A DNA stretch of 64,000 nucleotides, from positions 128,001 through 192,000 of the forward strand of contig CAVVMW010000019.1 in NCBI GenBank assembly GCA_963749495.1, read 5' to 3'. Source of the stretch: an uncultured bacterium. GTDB taxonomy: Bacteria; Verrucomicrobiota; Verrucomicrobiia; Limisphaerales; UBA8199. The notes beneath the pieces are model-generated. The model was given only the letters and a program-made list of their open reading frames with translations. It was not told the origin of the DNA and did not search any database. Every line of letters starts with the position of its first letter. Position 1 is the stretch's first letter. Below are positions 51,161 through 61,700 of the stretch, piece by piece. A program made the translations under genes and the position numbers.

Positions 51161-52318
51161 TTATTTCTGGCCGTACCTGTTGAGCAACCATCCGATGGCG
51201 TTCTCCTCGCCGAAGCTTAGGGCGCGCTCGTTGTAACTGAGCCAGTCCTCGGAGGTCATTTGCTCCATGAAAGAGGATACCTGTTTGACCATGTCCTGGA
51301 TGGAATCTCTCCGCTGGGTCAGTTGGTCGAGCTGTTCCTGGACCGTGCCGCCGCCGTACCCGCTGGACGGGTCCATCGAATCGAGTGCCATCCGCTCGAC
51401 GGCGATGCCCACCAATCGAGTCAGCAGTGGGACGCAGGTTCCTGATGGCGCATCCAGTTGTTGGCCCAGGCCGATCGCCATCTGCAACGCGGCCTGCGCC
51501 GAGTTCTCATCGCCGGCCTTGCGATAGGAAGCGGCGAGATCAACCATGTTTTGAGCCAGCGTCTTCATTTCGGCCAGTTGTGGGAGCGCCACGCCCCAGG
51601 TCGCCGCCATTTTCGCGTCGGCTTCCGAGTAACCGGCCGCTCGATAGGCCTCTTCGTCAGCTTGAATGCGCTCCACCGTGTAATCGGCGAACCCTTGCCG
51701 CCCCGATGCGGCGATGAGTTCCTGCACCGCCTGGTCGGTCTGGCCCGACTTGAAGTAATCCAACGCGGAGAGATAGCCGGCCATCGGGTTTTCAGGCGCC
51801 GCCTTCTTGAAGGCTTCCAGCCACTCGCGTCGTTCCGTGGGCGAGGCGTCCTTTCTCAATACGGCCTCGAAGGCCACTTCGGGGTCGCCGGGATGTTTCT
51901 CCATCGCCTCTTGCAGCAACGCCGGATCTTTGGAAGTGCGGTACGCCGAGAGCAGGCTGGCGGCGCTCCGGTGGTTCTCATCAAGATAACGTTTGATTTG
52001 CGCGGCGGTTAACGGCGGCACTTCCCCTCCGTGCACCAGACGGGCGATGAGATTCGTGGGGGACAGTTCTTTCGCCGATTCCGAACCGGTGACGCCGGGC
52101 ATTGGCGGGGCGGGAAGGCGCAGGGCAGGCACGCCCCTGATTCGTCTCAGGCGATTTGAGAGGCTCTCATTCTCCGAACCGAGTTGCGCCAGCTTTTGAC
52201 GCAGCAATTCGTTTTGGCCGCGCAATGCCGTTTGCGACCGGTGTTGGGACACCACGATTATCGCCGCTCCGCCAAGCAAGAGGCCGGCAACAGCACGCTG
52301 GACGTTGGTCATGCTCAT
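51161..52318 (-). CDS. Hypothetical membrane-anchored helical protein
   Basis: N-terminal TM segment followed by a coiled coil and a helical body. Confidence 0.7.
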   Translation of the reverse strand: MSMTNVQRAVAGLLLGGAAIIVVSQHRSQTALRGQNELLRQKLAQLGSENESLSNRLRRIRGVPALRLPAPPMPGVTGSESAKELSPTNLIARLVHGGEVPPLTAAQIKRYLDENHRSAASLLSAYRTSKDPALLQEAMEKHPGDPEVAFEAVLRKDASPTERREWLEAFKKAAPENPMAGYLSALDYFKSGQTDQAVQELIAASGRQGFADYTVERIQADEEAYRAAGYSEADAKMAATWGVALPQLAEMKTLAQNMVDLAASYRKAGDENSAQAALQMAIGLGQQLDAPSGTCVPLLTRLVGIAVERMALDSMDPSSGYGGGTVQEQLDQLTQRRDSIQDMVKQVSSFMEQMTSEDWLSYNERALSFGEENAIGWLLNRYGQK

Positions 52319-52645
52319 GTTTTGCTGTGCGAGATCGGTCGTCACGAACTCACATCGCAGATTCGACAAAGCCCACACGAAAACGGCACGGATCTCCTTC
52401 GCTGATGGCGAATGGCCAACGGTTCAAAGATCCAAAGGGGCAAACAACGCGGCCAGATGCGAGACTACCCGCCCGCGTTCCGGGCTGAAAACCCACGCCG
52501 GCGCGTTGACAAACGGTTCACCACGAAGGGCGCTTAGACTTGACGCCTATCGTTTTCGTGATCTCTTCGAAGTGCTCGGAAGGTGGCTCCTCCTGGCCCG
52601 CGGCAGGGATTGACACGCCGTTCCGGCGGACTATCGTGAGGCTGT

Positions 52646-52897
52646 ATGGCAACCAAGACTATCCGGGTGGCCCTGCCGGACCAGTTGAGCGGCTTCGTTC
52701 AGCGCGCGGTCAAGGGTGGACAATACCAGGACGCGAGTGAAGTCATTCGCGAGGCCCTTCGCCGGATGGAGGCGGCCGAGTTGGCGGAAGAACTCAGACA
52801 ATTCGAACACGCCTTTGCGGGCGGGCACGACCGGGCCGAGACGGGGGAAGACACACAGCGCGTGGAATCCGCCGTGCGAGACGGCCGCAAGAGGTGA
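52646..52897 (+). CDS. ParD/CC2985-like ribbon-helix-helix antitoxin
   Basis: TIRVALPDQLSGFVQRAVKGGQYQDASEVIREALR; promoter TTGACA(52610)-16 bp-TATCGT(52632) just upstream. Confidence 0.8.
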   Translation: MATKTIRVALPDQLSGFVQRAVKGGQYQDASEVIREALRRMEAAELAEELRQFEHAFAGGHDRAETGEDTQRVESAVRDGRKR

Positions 52898-53091
52898 TCG
52901 CAGTCGTTTACGACACGGGAGTCGTGATCAGCGCCATCGGCTGGCGTGGCCCCGCCCACCGTTGCCTGGCGCTGGTCGCTCGGCGGCGCTGCAGGCTGCT
53001 GGTCTCGGCTGACATTGACGCCGAGTACGGATCTCGCGTCCCCGCTGTGCTCACCCAAGAGGCGCCGCAGGCAAATTGGAAGACATGGTAA
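52894..53091 (+). pseudogene. Truncated PIN-domain toxin
   Basis: GTGA overlap with the antitoxin; AVVYDTGVVISA...LLVSADIDAEY; stops at 65 aa, about half a PIN domain. Confidence 0.7.
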
Positions 53092-53240
53092 AGCAACTCG
53101 CTCTGGTGTCTGCTCCGCGACCGCAACCCGGGCAGATCGGAGACGGAGGGATTTGTCCAGGCGACAACAAAGCCGGCGGTTCTCAGGGGGCGTTGCGAGC
53201 ATTGCCAGCCAGCCAGTACGTTCCACGTGCTGGCGTTCGG

Positions 53241-54284
53241 TCACTCCGCTGGCTTTGGGTTGAAGCCGAACTTGCGCGCCAGGGCGAGCGAGGTGTTCAA
53301 CGACCTGACTCCGGCCGTGCAGGTGGCGTCCGAGAGCGAGGCGGCGGCGATGCAGACGCCGGTGAGCAGGCAGCGGGGCAGGTCCCAGCCCTCGTGCAGG
53401 CCCAGCAGGAGGCCGGCGCAGAAGGCGTCGCCGGCGCTGGCGGTGCCGGCGATATAGGCGGGCGGCAATTTGAGCGAGGGCTGCCAGAAGTCTTCTCCCC
53501 TGCGGGTGCGGGCGAAGGCGCCCTCCGGGAAATGGATGACGACCAGTTCGCGCACACCCTGCTGGAGCAAGGCGCCGGCGGCGTGGCGGATGGCGACGGT
53601 ATCGAGCCCGCCGCCGGGCTGGCGGATCTGGAAGCCGGTGGTCTTGGCGGCCTCGATTTCGTTGAGGGTGCAGTAGTCCACGTAGCGCAGGGCCGGGTTG
53701 ACGATTCGGGCGAAACGATCGCTGTTCTCACTCACGACGTCCACGCAGGTCTTGACGCCGGCGTGCTGGGCCTGGGCCAGGAGCCGGGCGGCGCGGGTGC
53801 CGAACCTGGGGTCGGGCTGGTCCAGGGCGTCCAGCAGGAGCAGGTAACCGAGGTGAAAGATGCGTGGGCGCACCCGCTCGAAATCCAGGTCGGCCCCGCG
53901 CCACAGGGCATTGGCGCCGCGGGCATGGAAGAAGGTGCGCCGCCCATGGCCCTGCTCAGTCATGACGTCGGTGTAGGAGGTCGGCGCCTTGGAGGTGGCG
54001 CCCAGATAGCGCACGTCAATCTTGTGCTGCCGGCAGGTCTCGAGGATCAGTCCGCCCAGAGGGTCTTTGCCCACCATCCCCGCCCCGTAAAGGGGAAAGG
54101 GCGCGCCCGACTTTGCCAGATCGACAAGGACGTTGTAAGGTGCTCCGCCGGTTCCCTGGGACTGGCCCCGAATATTGCTCAACTGCTCGGGTTGCGGATA
54201 GACGTTGATCAGCTTGACCTGGTCGATAATCCAGTTGCCCCCGGCCAGCAGGCCGCGATGGCGATTGGCGTTTTTGTTATTCAT
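53241..54284 (-). CDS. PfkB family carbohydrate kinase
   Basis: GGAPYN, GMVGKD, LNEIE, GTASAGDAFCAG. Confidence 0.9.
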   Translation of the reverse strand: MNNKNANRHRGLLAGGNWIIDQVKLINVYPQPEQLSNIRGQSQGTGGAPYNVLVDLAKSGAPFPLYGAGMVGKDPLGGLILETCRQHKIDVRYLGATSKAPTSYTDVMTEQGHGRRTFFHARGANALWRGADLDFERVRPRIFHLGYLLLLDALDQPDPRFGTRAARLLAQAQHAGVKTCVDVVSENSDRFARIVNPALRYVDYCTLNEIEAAKTTGFQIRQPGGGLDTVAIRHAAGALLQQGVRELVVIHFPEGAFARTRRGEDFWQPSLKLPPAYIAGTASAGDAFCAGLLLGLHEGWDLPRCLLTGVCIAAASLSDATCTAGVRSLNTSLALARKFGFNPKPAE

Positions 54285-54400
54285 GGCGGCTCGGCCGCAG
54301 CAGGTGCGACTAGTGAAAGGAAAGAGACGGCCTTTAGGCAAGTCAAATCTTGAAGAAATCCTTTTCAAACCGCGGTTTTTGGTTAAAGATTTAAGCGGCC

Positions 54401-56173
54401 ATGCCAGAGGCGCAACAAGGTGAGTCGAGCTTTCGGGGCATTCCGGTCTCGGCCGGGGTGAGCCGGGGCCGCATCCTGGTCCTGGACCGGGGGCGTCCCA
54501 CCATCCACAAACGGGTCCTGCCCGAGAGCGAGGTGCCGGAGGAAATCAACCGCCTGGAACGCGCCCTGGTGCAAACCCGCCAGCAACTCCTGGAGGTCCA
54601 GCGCAAGGTCAGCGCCGGCATGGGCGCCGAGGAGGGAGGCGTCTTCGACGCCCACCTCCTGGTGCTCGAGGACCGCACCCTGCTGGACGAGGTGGTGCGC
54701 ATGATCACCGAGCAAAAGGTCAACGCCGAGCACGCCTTCCACTCCATAGCCGAGCGCTACGCCGCCACCCTCGGCGCCGTCGAGGACGATTACCTGCGCG
54801 AGCGCGCCACCGACATGCGCGACGTCACCTCCCGCGTGCTCGACAACTTGCTGGGCCTCCAAGAGCCGGTGGACCTGCGCCACCTCAAGGAGCCCTGCAT
54901 CATCATCAGCCACGACCTGAGCCCGTCCAACACCGCCCAGTTGGACAAGCACAACGTCCTGGGCTTCGCCACCGACGTCGGCAGCAAGACCTCGCACACG
55001 GCCATCATGGCCCGCTCGCTGCGCATCCCGGCCCTCGTCGGCCTCCGGGACGCCAGCACCCGCCTCCAGACCGGGCAATATGCCCTGCTCGATGGATTCA
55101 ACGGCGTGCTCATCATCAATCCCACCGACCAGACCCTCTTCGAGTACGGCCAACTCCTCCGCAAGCAGGTCACCCTCCAGGAGAAACTGCGGGACATCCT
55201 CCTCAAACCTGCCGTGACCCTGGACGGCCACCGGGTCTTCCTTTCGGCCAACATCGAGCAGGCGGCCGACACCGAGCAGGTCAAGGCCAACGGCGCCGAA
55301 GGCGTCGGCCTGTTCCGCACCGAGTACCTCTTCATCAACCGCGAGCACCCGCCCACCGAGGAACAGCAATACCAGGCCTACCGCCAGGCCGCCGCCGCCC
55401 TCAAACCCCTGCCCGTGGTCATCCGCACCCTCGACCTGGGCGGTGACAAGTTCCTGGCCCACATGCCCGTGCCCCGCGAGATGAACCCCTTCCTGGGCTG
55501 GCGCGCCATCCGCTTCTGCCTGCAACAGGAGGACATCTTCCGCGACCAGCTCCGCGCCATCCTCCGCGCCAGCGCCGAGGGCAACGTCAAGATGATGTAC
55601 CCCATGATCTCCGGCCTCGACGAACTCAAGCAGGCCAATGACCTGGTCGAGCAATACAAGGCCGAGTTGCGCGACGAAAACATCCCGTTTGACGAACACC
55701 TCGAAATCGGCGCCATGATCGAGATCCCCTCCGCCGCCATCGTCGCCGATTCCCTGGCCAAACGCCTCAAGTTCTTCAGCATCGGCACCAACGACCTCAT
55801 CCAGTACTCGCTGGCCGTGGACCGGATGAACGAGAAGATCGCCCACCTTTACGAGCCGACCCATCCCGCCATCCTCCGCCTCATCAAGGGCACGGTCCAG
55901 GCGGCCCACGACCACAAGATCTGGGTGAGCGTGTGCGGGGAGATGGCCAGCGACCCGGTGCTGGTGCCGCTGCTGATGGGCCTGGGCGTCGATGAATTGA
56001 GCGCCGCCTGCTCCCTGGTCCCCCCGATCAAATTCATCATCCGCCGCCTCAAGCTCGCCGAGGCCAAAGACCTGGCCCAGTTCGCCCTGGCCAGCGAATC
56101 GGCCTCCGAAATCCTGGCCCGCTGCCAGGAACTGGCCCGCCACATCGCCCCGAGCCTCTTCGAGACCAAGTGA
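54401..56173 (+). CDS. ptsI: PTS enzyme I (phosphoenolpyruvate-protein phosphotransferase)
   Basis: TSHTAIMARS, GVGLFRTE, NPFLGWRAIR, SIGTNDLIQY, VCGEMA. Confidence 0.95.
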   Translation: MPEAQQGESSFRGIPVSAGVSRGRILVLDRGRPTIHKRVLPESEVPEEINRLERALVQTRQQLLEVQRKVSAGMGAEEGGVFDAHLLVLEDRTLLDEVVRMITEQKVNAEHAFHSIAERYAATLGAVEDDYLRERATDMRDVTSRVLDNLLGLQEPVDLRHLKEPCIIISHDLSPSNTAQLDKHNVLGFATDVGSKTSHTAIMARSLRIPALVGLRDASTRLQTGQYALLDGFNGVLIINPTDQTLFEYGQLLRKQVTLQEKLRDILLKPAVTLDGHRVFLSANIEQAADTEQVKANGAEGVGLFRTEYLFINREHPPTEEQQYQAYRQAAAALKPLPVVIRTLDLGGDKFLAHMPVPREMNPFLGWRAIRFCLQQEDIFRDQLRAILRASAEGNVKMMYPMISGLDELKQANDLVEQYKAELRDENIPFDEHLEIGAMIEIPSAAIVADSLAKRLKFFSIGTNDLIQYSLAVDRMNEKIAHLYEPTHPAILRLIKGTVQAAHDHKIWVSVCGEMASDPVLVPLLMGLGVDELSAACSLVPPIKFIIRRLKLAEAKDLAQFALASESASEILARCQELARHIAPSLFETK

Positions 56174-56174
56174 A

Positions 56175-56918
56175 ATGAAAGTCATTATCCTGGCCGCAGG
56201 CTATGCCACCCGGCTTTACCCGCTCACCCTCACGCAGCCCAAACCGCTGCTGCCGGTCGCCGGCAAGCCGATGATTGAATACGTCCTGGACAACCTCGCC
56301 CCCATCGGCGGCCTTGACCGCATCTACATCGTCACCAATGCCCGCTTCGCCGGCCACTTCCAGAGTTGGTCCGACCACTACCGCGCCACCAAAGCCAGGC
56401 TCGATTTGACCGTGGTCAACGACGGCTCGACCGACGACGCCAACAAGCTCGGCGCCATCGGCAACGTCCATTTCGTGCTCACCTCCCAGAGCCTGGACGA
56501 TGACGTCATCATCGTCGCGGGGGACAACCTCTTCAGCCAGCCGCTGGCCGGTTTCGGCCAATATTGCCGGGAAAAACAGGCCCCCGTGCTGGCCGTCTAT
56601 GACGTGGGGGACCTCGAGCAGATCAAGAAATTCAACGCCATCAACATCAATGCCTCCGGCCGCATCACCTTCTTCAAAGAAAAGTCCGAGAACCCCTCCA
56701 GCACGCTGACCGGCATCGCCCTCTATTTCTATCCCCGGTCCGCCTTGCCCCTCATCCACCGTTACATCGCCGAAGGCAATAACCCCAACCAACCCGGCCG
56801 CCTCATCCAGTGGCTCTACACGCGCACCCCGGTTTATACCTGGCGCGTCCCGGGGCTTTGGTACGACATCGGCTCCAAGGAGACGCTCGAGGAGGCAAAT
56901 CGGATCTTCGCAAGGTAG
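56175..56918 (+). CDS. Sugar-phosphate nucleotidyltransferase
   Basis: ILAAGYATRLYPLT...PKPLLPV, AGDNL, WYDIG. Confidence 0.92.
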   Translation: MKVIILAAGYATRLYPLTLTQPKPLLPVAGKPMIEYVLDNLAPIGGLDRIYIVTNARFAGHFQSWSDHYRATKARLDLTVVNDGSTDDANKLGAIGNVHFVLTSQSLDDDVIIVAGDNLFSQPLAGFGQYCREKQAPVLAVYDVGDLEQIKKFNAININASGRITFFKEKSENPSSTLTGIALYFYPRSALPLIHRYIAEGNNPNQPGRLIQWLYTRTPVYTWRVPGLWYDIGSKETLEEANRIFAR

Positions 56919-56929
56919 TAAGCCCAACC

Positions 56930-57090
56930 GTGACTGTTCAGGTGCTGGACCGGGTTTGACGTGGATGTTCACACGGGGTCAACGTCGAGCTTTGTCCCTT
57001 CGGGACAACCACCGATCGCAACTCAGGTGACATGTCGAAAGGTGCGGACGACACCGAAGCAAATGCGTGGACGTGCACCTGAACAGTTAA
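56930..57090. mobile_element. Degenerate MITE with IS66-like ends (161 bp)
   Basis: GTGACTGTTCAGGTGC ... GCACCTGAACAGTTAA (13-bp perfect core); flanks GCCCAACC and GCCCTGCT. Confidence 0.6.
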
Positions 57091-57096
57091 GCCCTG

Positions 57097-57979
57097 CTAC
57101 CTCTTGCCCATCTTGGCGCGGGCGGTTTCCAGGACGCGGCGTTCGCGCTCGGTCAGGCTCTGGATGCCCTGGGCGGAGATCTTGTCGAGGATCGGGTCAA
57201 CCTCCTTGCTGACGAATTCGTCGGGTGGCAGGTCCTCCTGCACGCTCTGCTTCCTCGTGGTCCAGAACGCTGGTTTAACCGAGCGGACATTGACCAGGGG
57301 GCGGGAGGAGGGGCCTCGCCGTCGCATCCAACCGGGCCGGCGCCACCAGGTCGAGGGTTCCCAATGGATGGCGTAACGGATGAAGAGGATGCCGGTGAAC
57401 ATGCCCCCCAGGTGCGCTGCGTGGGCGGTGCCATCGGGGGGAGCGAACATGCCGTAAAGGGCCAGCGCCCCGCTCAGGGCCAGGAGCCACTTGGCGCGCA
57501 TCGGCAGGACGAAGAACAGCAGGAGCACCCGGTCGGGGAAGAGCATCGCAAAGGCGGCAACCAGCCCGAAGGCGGCCGCCGAGGCCCGAACGACCGGCCC
57601 GCCGAAAGGAACTGCCCGGCGGCAATCCGGCCAGGACCTCCGCTATGCCCCCGAGAATGCCGCTGGAGAAATAGAGCGCCAGGAAGCTCTTGCGGCCCAG
57701 GGCCATCTCCACGTCCCGGCCGAACACATAAACCGCCCAGCCATTGAACAACAGGTGCAGCACCGTTGCGTGCATGAACATGTAAGTCAGCAACTGCCAC
57801 ACGTAGCCGTGCCTCAGGCCCTGCACGCTCAGCGCAAGATACTCGTTCGTCGCAAAACCGGATCGCTCCAAAAGTGACTGCGCGATGAAAGCCGCTACGT
57901 TGGCTATCAACAGCGTCACCGTCGCCGAGCGGTGGCTCTGGAACGGCGTCTGGCGCATATAGGTACGGTCCTCTAGCAT
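57097..57979 (-). CDS. Rhomboid family intramembrane protease with C-terminal DUF6576-like tail (frameshift near 57615)
   Basis: WQLLTYMFMH, HLLFN, AHAAHLGG, EVDPILDKISAQGIQSL; the GAS motif reads RAS here. Confidence 0.8.
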
Positions 57980-58113
57980 ATCAGCACCTGGTTGAACCTA
58001 GTCGCAATGCGGGATTTTTTCAACGGGGTTTTGAGCGCAACGCGAAAAGGGGGCGCTTCGTCAGTACCACCATGCCAGCCATGAGGTCAGTGGAAGTGCC
58101 CATCGCCCAGGAA

Positions 58114-58470
58114 TTCATCCCGGAGGGATGACAGATGGTAGCCGGGGGTCGAAGCGCAGCGAGACCCCCGGTTCGGCGGCAGTATGGGTCTGCATCCCGG
58201 AGGGATGCCACAACGCCACCTGCTCCATGTGGCAGCCTTCTGGCACCCCGTTTCGGGGTGCAGCCCCCCTTTAGCCGGGGTCGCGGCCTCGCCGCGACCC
58301 CCGGTTGACTGCGTCGGGAGCCCTGCACCCCCGGATGGGGTGCCAGAAAGGAGCGTCCGTGCGGGTGAGCCTCTGGCATCCCTCCGGGATGCAAACGCAC
58401 GTCGCCGCTTCACCGGGGGTCTCGCTGCGCTTCGACCCCCGGCTACCTTCTCTCATCCCTCCGGGATGAA
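58114..58470. repeat. 357-bp composite palindrome (REP doublet/BIME-like)
   Basis: CATCCCGGAGGGATG x2 on the left and CATCCCTCCGGGATG x2 on the right; GGTAGCCGGGGGTCGAAGCGCAGCGAGACCCCCGGT is mirrored; inner TGGCACCCC/GGGGTGCCA. Confidence 0.9.
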
Positions 58471-58495
58471 CTGCAGCCTCGCGTCGGCCTTCGCA

Positions 58496-58559
58496 TCAGA
58501 GCAGATACTTTGGATTGTACTCGACGCCGTGCTTTTCCAACAGGCTCGATCAACTCCTT
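58496..58559 (-). pseudogene. C-terminal fragment of an IS200/IS605-type Y1 transposase
   Basis: Manual translation KELIE/LLEKHGVEYNPKYLL*, directly beside the palindrome. Confidence 0.55.
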
Positions 58560-58631
58560 GGGGAGCAACCTCCGCTGGCACTCCGCAACCCGGAGGGTTG
58601 CCCCGAGCCTCCTGGGACTAAATACCGCCGC

Positions 58632-59657
58632 TCAGCCCGCCACTTCAATGCCCCTGGCCTCGACTCGCAGCCGTTCCTGGTCGGTGGCCACGAGCAGGGT
58701 TTTCATGCCGGGGCGGAGGCGGGCGATGGCCTCATGGCCGGCCGCGCTGAGGACCAGCAGGGCGGTCGAGAGGGCGTCGGTCTCGGTTGCTGAGGGCAGG
58801 ACCACCGCCGCCAGGACCGCCCCCGAGACGGGTTGGCCCGTGCGCGGGTCCAGGACATGGCCGAAGGTCCTGCCTTCCACCTCGAACGACCTTCCCCAGA
58901 CTGCGGAGACCGACATGGCCTGGTCGCGCAGCGGCACCTTGGCCAACGGAGATGGGGGCGCTGCGGCTGCCACCCGACAGGAGGGCGCCTCTCCTCGGGC
59001 CGGGCTGCCCTCCGGCAGCGGCACAGCGCCGTCCGTCGCGCCGAGTGCCCTGCCCCGAGGGGCCTCCACCGACACGGTCCAGTGCTCCGCCTCCGGGGGA
59101 TGGCCCAGGGCATAGACGGTGCTGGTGCCGCCGTGGAGCAGGGCGCTGGTGACCTCGCCCTCGCGCAGGAGGTCTGCGGCGCGCTCGATGGCGTAGCCTT
59201 TGCCGATGGCCCCCAAATCCAGCATGACCCCCTCGCGGGCGAAGCGGACAGTGAGCCGGTTGGGGTCCAACTCGACCAGGCCCACGCCGATGCTGGCACG
59301 CGCGGCAGCCAGCGCAGCCGGGTCCGGCCAATGCCCGCTGCCGCCCAGGAACCCCCAGCAACGGACCAGGGGGGCGATGGTGATGTCGAAGGCGCCGCCG
59401 GTTTCTCGGTGCAACTGCTGCGCCTGCTGCAGGAGCGCAAAGAGGCTGGGCGTCACCCGCACCGGCCCGCGCGCCGCCCGGGCGTTCAAGTGGGCGATCT
59501 CGCTCGTGGCCAGATAGAGGCTGAGCTGGGCCTCCAGCCGCGCTATCTCGGCCAGCGCCTCTTCGCCGGCGGCCCGCAACCTCACCGGGTTGTCCCCGTG
59601 CAGCACCATCTCGAAGCGGGTCGCCATCGCGTGCAGGGCAAGGGTGACAGTGGCCAT
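58632..59657 (-). CDS. apbE: FAD:protein FMN transferase (ApbE)
   Basis: AMATRF, TGGAFDITIAPL, LDLGAIGKGYA, HVLDPRTG, DALSTAL. Confidence 0.9.
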   Translation of the reverse strand: MATVTLALHAMATRFEMVLHGDNPVRLRAAGEEALAEIARLEAQLSLYLATSEIAHLNARAARGPVRVTPSLFALLQQAQQLHRETGGAFDITIAPLVRCWGFLGGSGHWPDPAALAAARASIGVGLVELDPNRLTVRFAREGVMLDLGAIGKGYAIERAADLLREGEVTSALLHGGTSTVYALGHPPEAEHWTVSVEAPRGRALGATDGAVPLPEGSPARGEAPSCRVAAAAPPSPLAKVPLRDQAMSVSAVWGRSFEVEGRTFGHVLDPRTGQPVSGAVLAAVVLPSATETDALSTALLVLSAAGHEAIARLRPGMKTLLVATDQERLRVEARGIEVAG

Positions 59658-59794
59658 GGAAGTGTCAATTGCCCATCACGCCTGACGGGTCAGACCCGTC
59701 GGACGGGTCGGACGGGTCGGACCGGTGGGGGCGCAAAAAGACGGGTCTTGCGGGAGGCTGCGAGACGCGTCTCGAGAAAGGTCCTTCAACCGGC

Positions 59795-61243
59795 TCAGGA
59801 GATCGGGAGGGTGCCGTAGGTGATCGGGGGGATTTCCTTGCCGCTGGCATCGGTGATCTGGCGGGTCTTCTCGTCGAAGAGGCAGGTGATCTTCAGGCGA
59901 TCGGACATCTCGGCCAGCGAGAGGACTGTCTGCACGCGGATGGCCAGTTCGATGTCGGCATTGGGCGCCTTGTTCGCGCGGATGGAGTCGAACCAGTTTT
60001 TCTCATGGACGCGGATGTCCTCGGGTTGCAGGCCGGAGAAGGTCTCGGGGTCGACATCATCGCCGAACTCGCGTTGAGGCACCAGGCTGACCTTGCTGGC
60101 GGGGGCATCGATGTCGAGGTTGGCCTTGTGGCCGAACAGGCCCAGGCCGGGCGTGGAGGCATTGGTAGTGCAGCAGGTGACCATAATGACGTAGCCGCTG
60201 GGGAACTCGGCCAGCAACTGGGCGTGTTCGGGCACGTCGCGCTCGGGCGTGGCGGTGCTGGTCTTGTCCGGGTGTACCGCCTTGGCGCCGATCGAGCAGA
60301 CTCGCACGGGGAATTCCGGGTTGCCGGTGGCCAGCATCACCGGGTGCAGCCGGTGCGGCGCCAGGTCGCCCAGCGGCCCGGCGCAATACTGGTAATACTT
60401 GCGCCAGCGATGGAAATGCTCCGGGCTGAAAGCCGAGCGATTCTTGACCGCCCCGAGCCACTTCTCCCAGTCCACGTTTTCGGTGGAGCACTCGGTCTCG
60501 ATGGGGTAGTTCCATTCTCCGCCCACGCTATTGCGGGAATACCAGGCCTGGGCCCAGACCAAAGTGCCGATCTTGCCGGCCTTGACCAACTCGGCGCACT
60601 TCTGATAGCCGCCCGCCGAGCACCCCTGCGAGCCGACCTGGAAGATCCTGCCGGTCTGTTTGACCATGTCATAGACCTTGAAGGCCTCGTCCAGGTAGCG
60701 GGTCATCGGCTTTTCGCAATAGACGTGCTTGCCCGCCTGCAAGGCATCCAGCGCGCAGGGGGCGTGCATCACGTCGTGCGTGGCAATCATGACCGCATCG
60801 ATGTCCTTGCGCTCGAGCAATTTGCGGTAATCGGTGTGAACGTCGGCTTCCTTGAGCGGTGTGGTCTTGCTCGGGCTGTCCGGGGAGCCGATGGGCTTGC
60901 CGTGGTTGGCATTGGGGTAATTCAGGGCGGTCTCACCGCGCATCCAGGCCCGCCGCCGCGCATAGACGTTGCTCCCGGCGGCCAGGACGATGTTGTTCTC
61001 CGTGGCCTTGTCCTGGAGGCCCACGAAATGGTTGCAGCCGATGCCGAAGCCCACGCCGATGAGGCCCACCACGATGCGGTCGTTGGCGCCGATGACGCGC
61101 CCGGCCGAAGGGGCCTGGTTTTGGCCATAGACCGGCGTCCGCATCAGGGGCGCCGTTGCGGCGGCGGCCGCCGCAGTGGCCGCCTTCTTGATAAACTCCC
61201 GGCGCGGAAGCCCGGACGACGCAGGATTAGTATTCGTTTCCAT
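59795..61243 (-). CDS. Tat-exported Gfo/Idh/MocA oxidoreductase
   Basis: PRREFIK twin-arginine signal; GANDRIVVGLIG, DYRKLLE, HVYCEKP, FQVGSQ. Confidence 0.92.
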   Translation of the reverse strand: METNTNPASSGLPRREFIKKAATAAAAAATAPLMRTPVYGQNQAPSAGRVIGANDRIVVGLIGVGFGIGCNHFVGLQDKATENNIVLAAGSNVYARRRAWMRGETALNYPNANHGKPIGSPDSPSKTTPLKEADVHTDYRKLLERKDIDAVMIATHDVMHAPCALDALQAGKHVYCEKPMTRYLDEAFKVYDMVKQTGRIFQVGSQGCSAGGYQKCAELVKAGKIGTLVWAQAWYSRNSVGGEWNYPIETECSTENVDWEKWLGAVKNRSAFSPEHFHRWRKYYQYCAGPLGDLAPHRLHPVMLATGNPEFPVRVCSIGAKAVHPDKTSTATPERDVPEHAQLLAEFPSGYVIMVTCCTTNASTPGLGLFGHKANLDIDAPASKVSLVPQREFGDDVDPETFSGLQPEDIRVHEKNWFDSIRANKAPNADIELAIRVQTVLSLAEMSDRLKITCLFDEKTRQITDASGKEIPPITYGTLPIS

Positions 61244-61315
61244 AAGACATTTCACTTTCGATCGCGCTGTCGCTGCAACAACTGACGAAGACTACCGGAA
61301 AGAAATTCGCGGTCA

Positions 61316-61700
<385 letters not shown>

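Noticed and set aside
58945..59065. Pro/Ala-rich insertion in ApbE as a second intragenic palindrome
   Set aside because: No convincing inverted repeat was found by eye.
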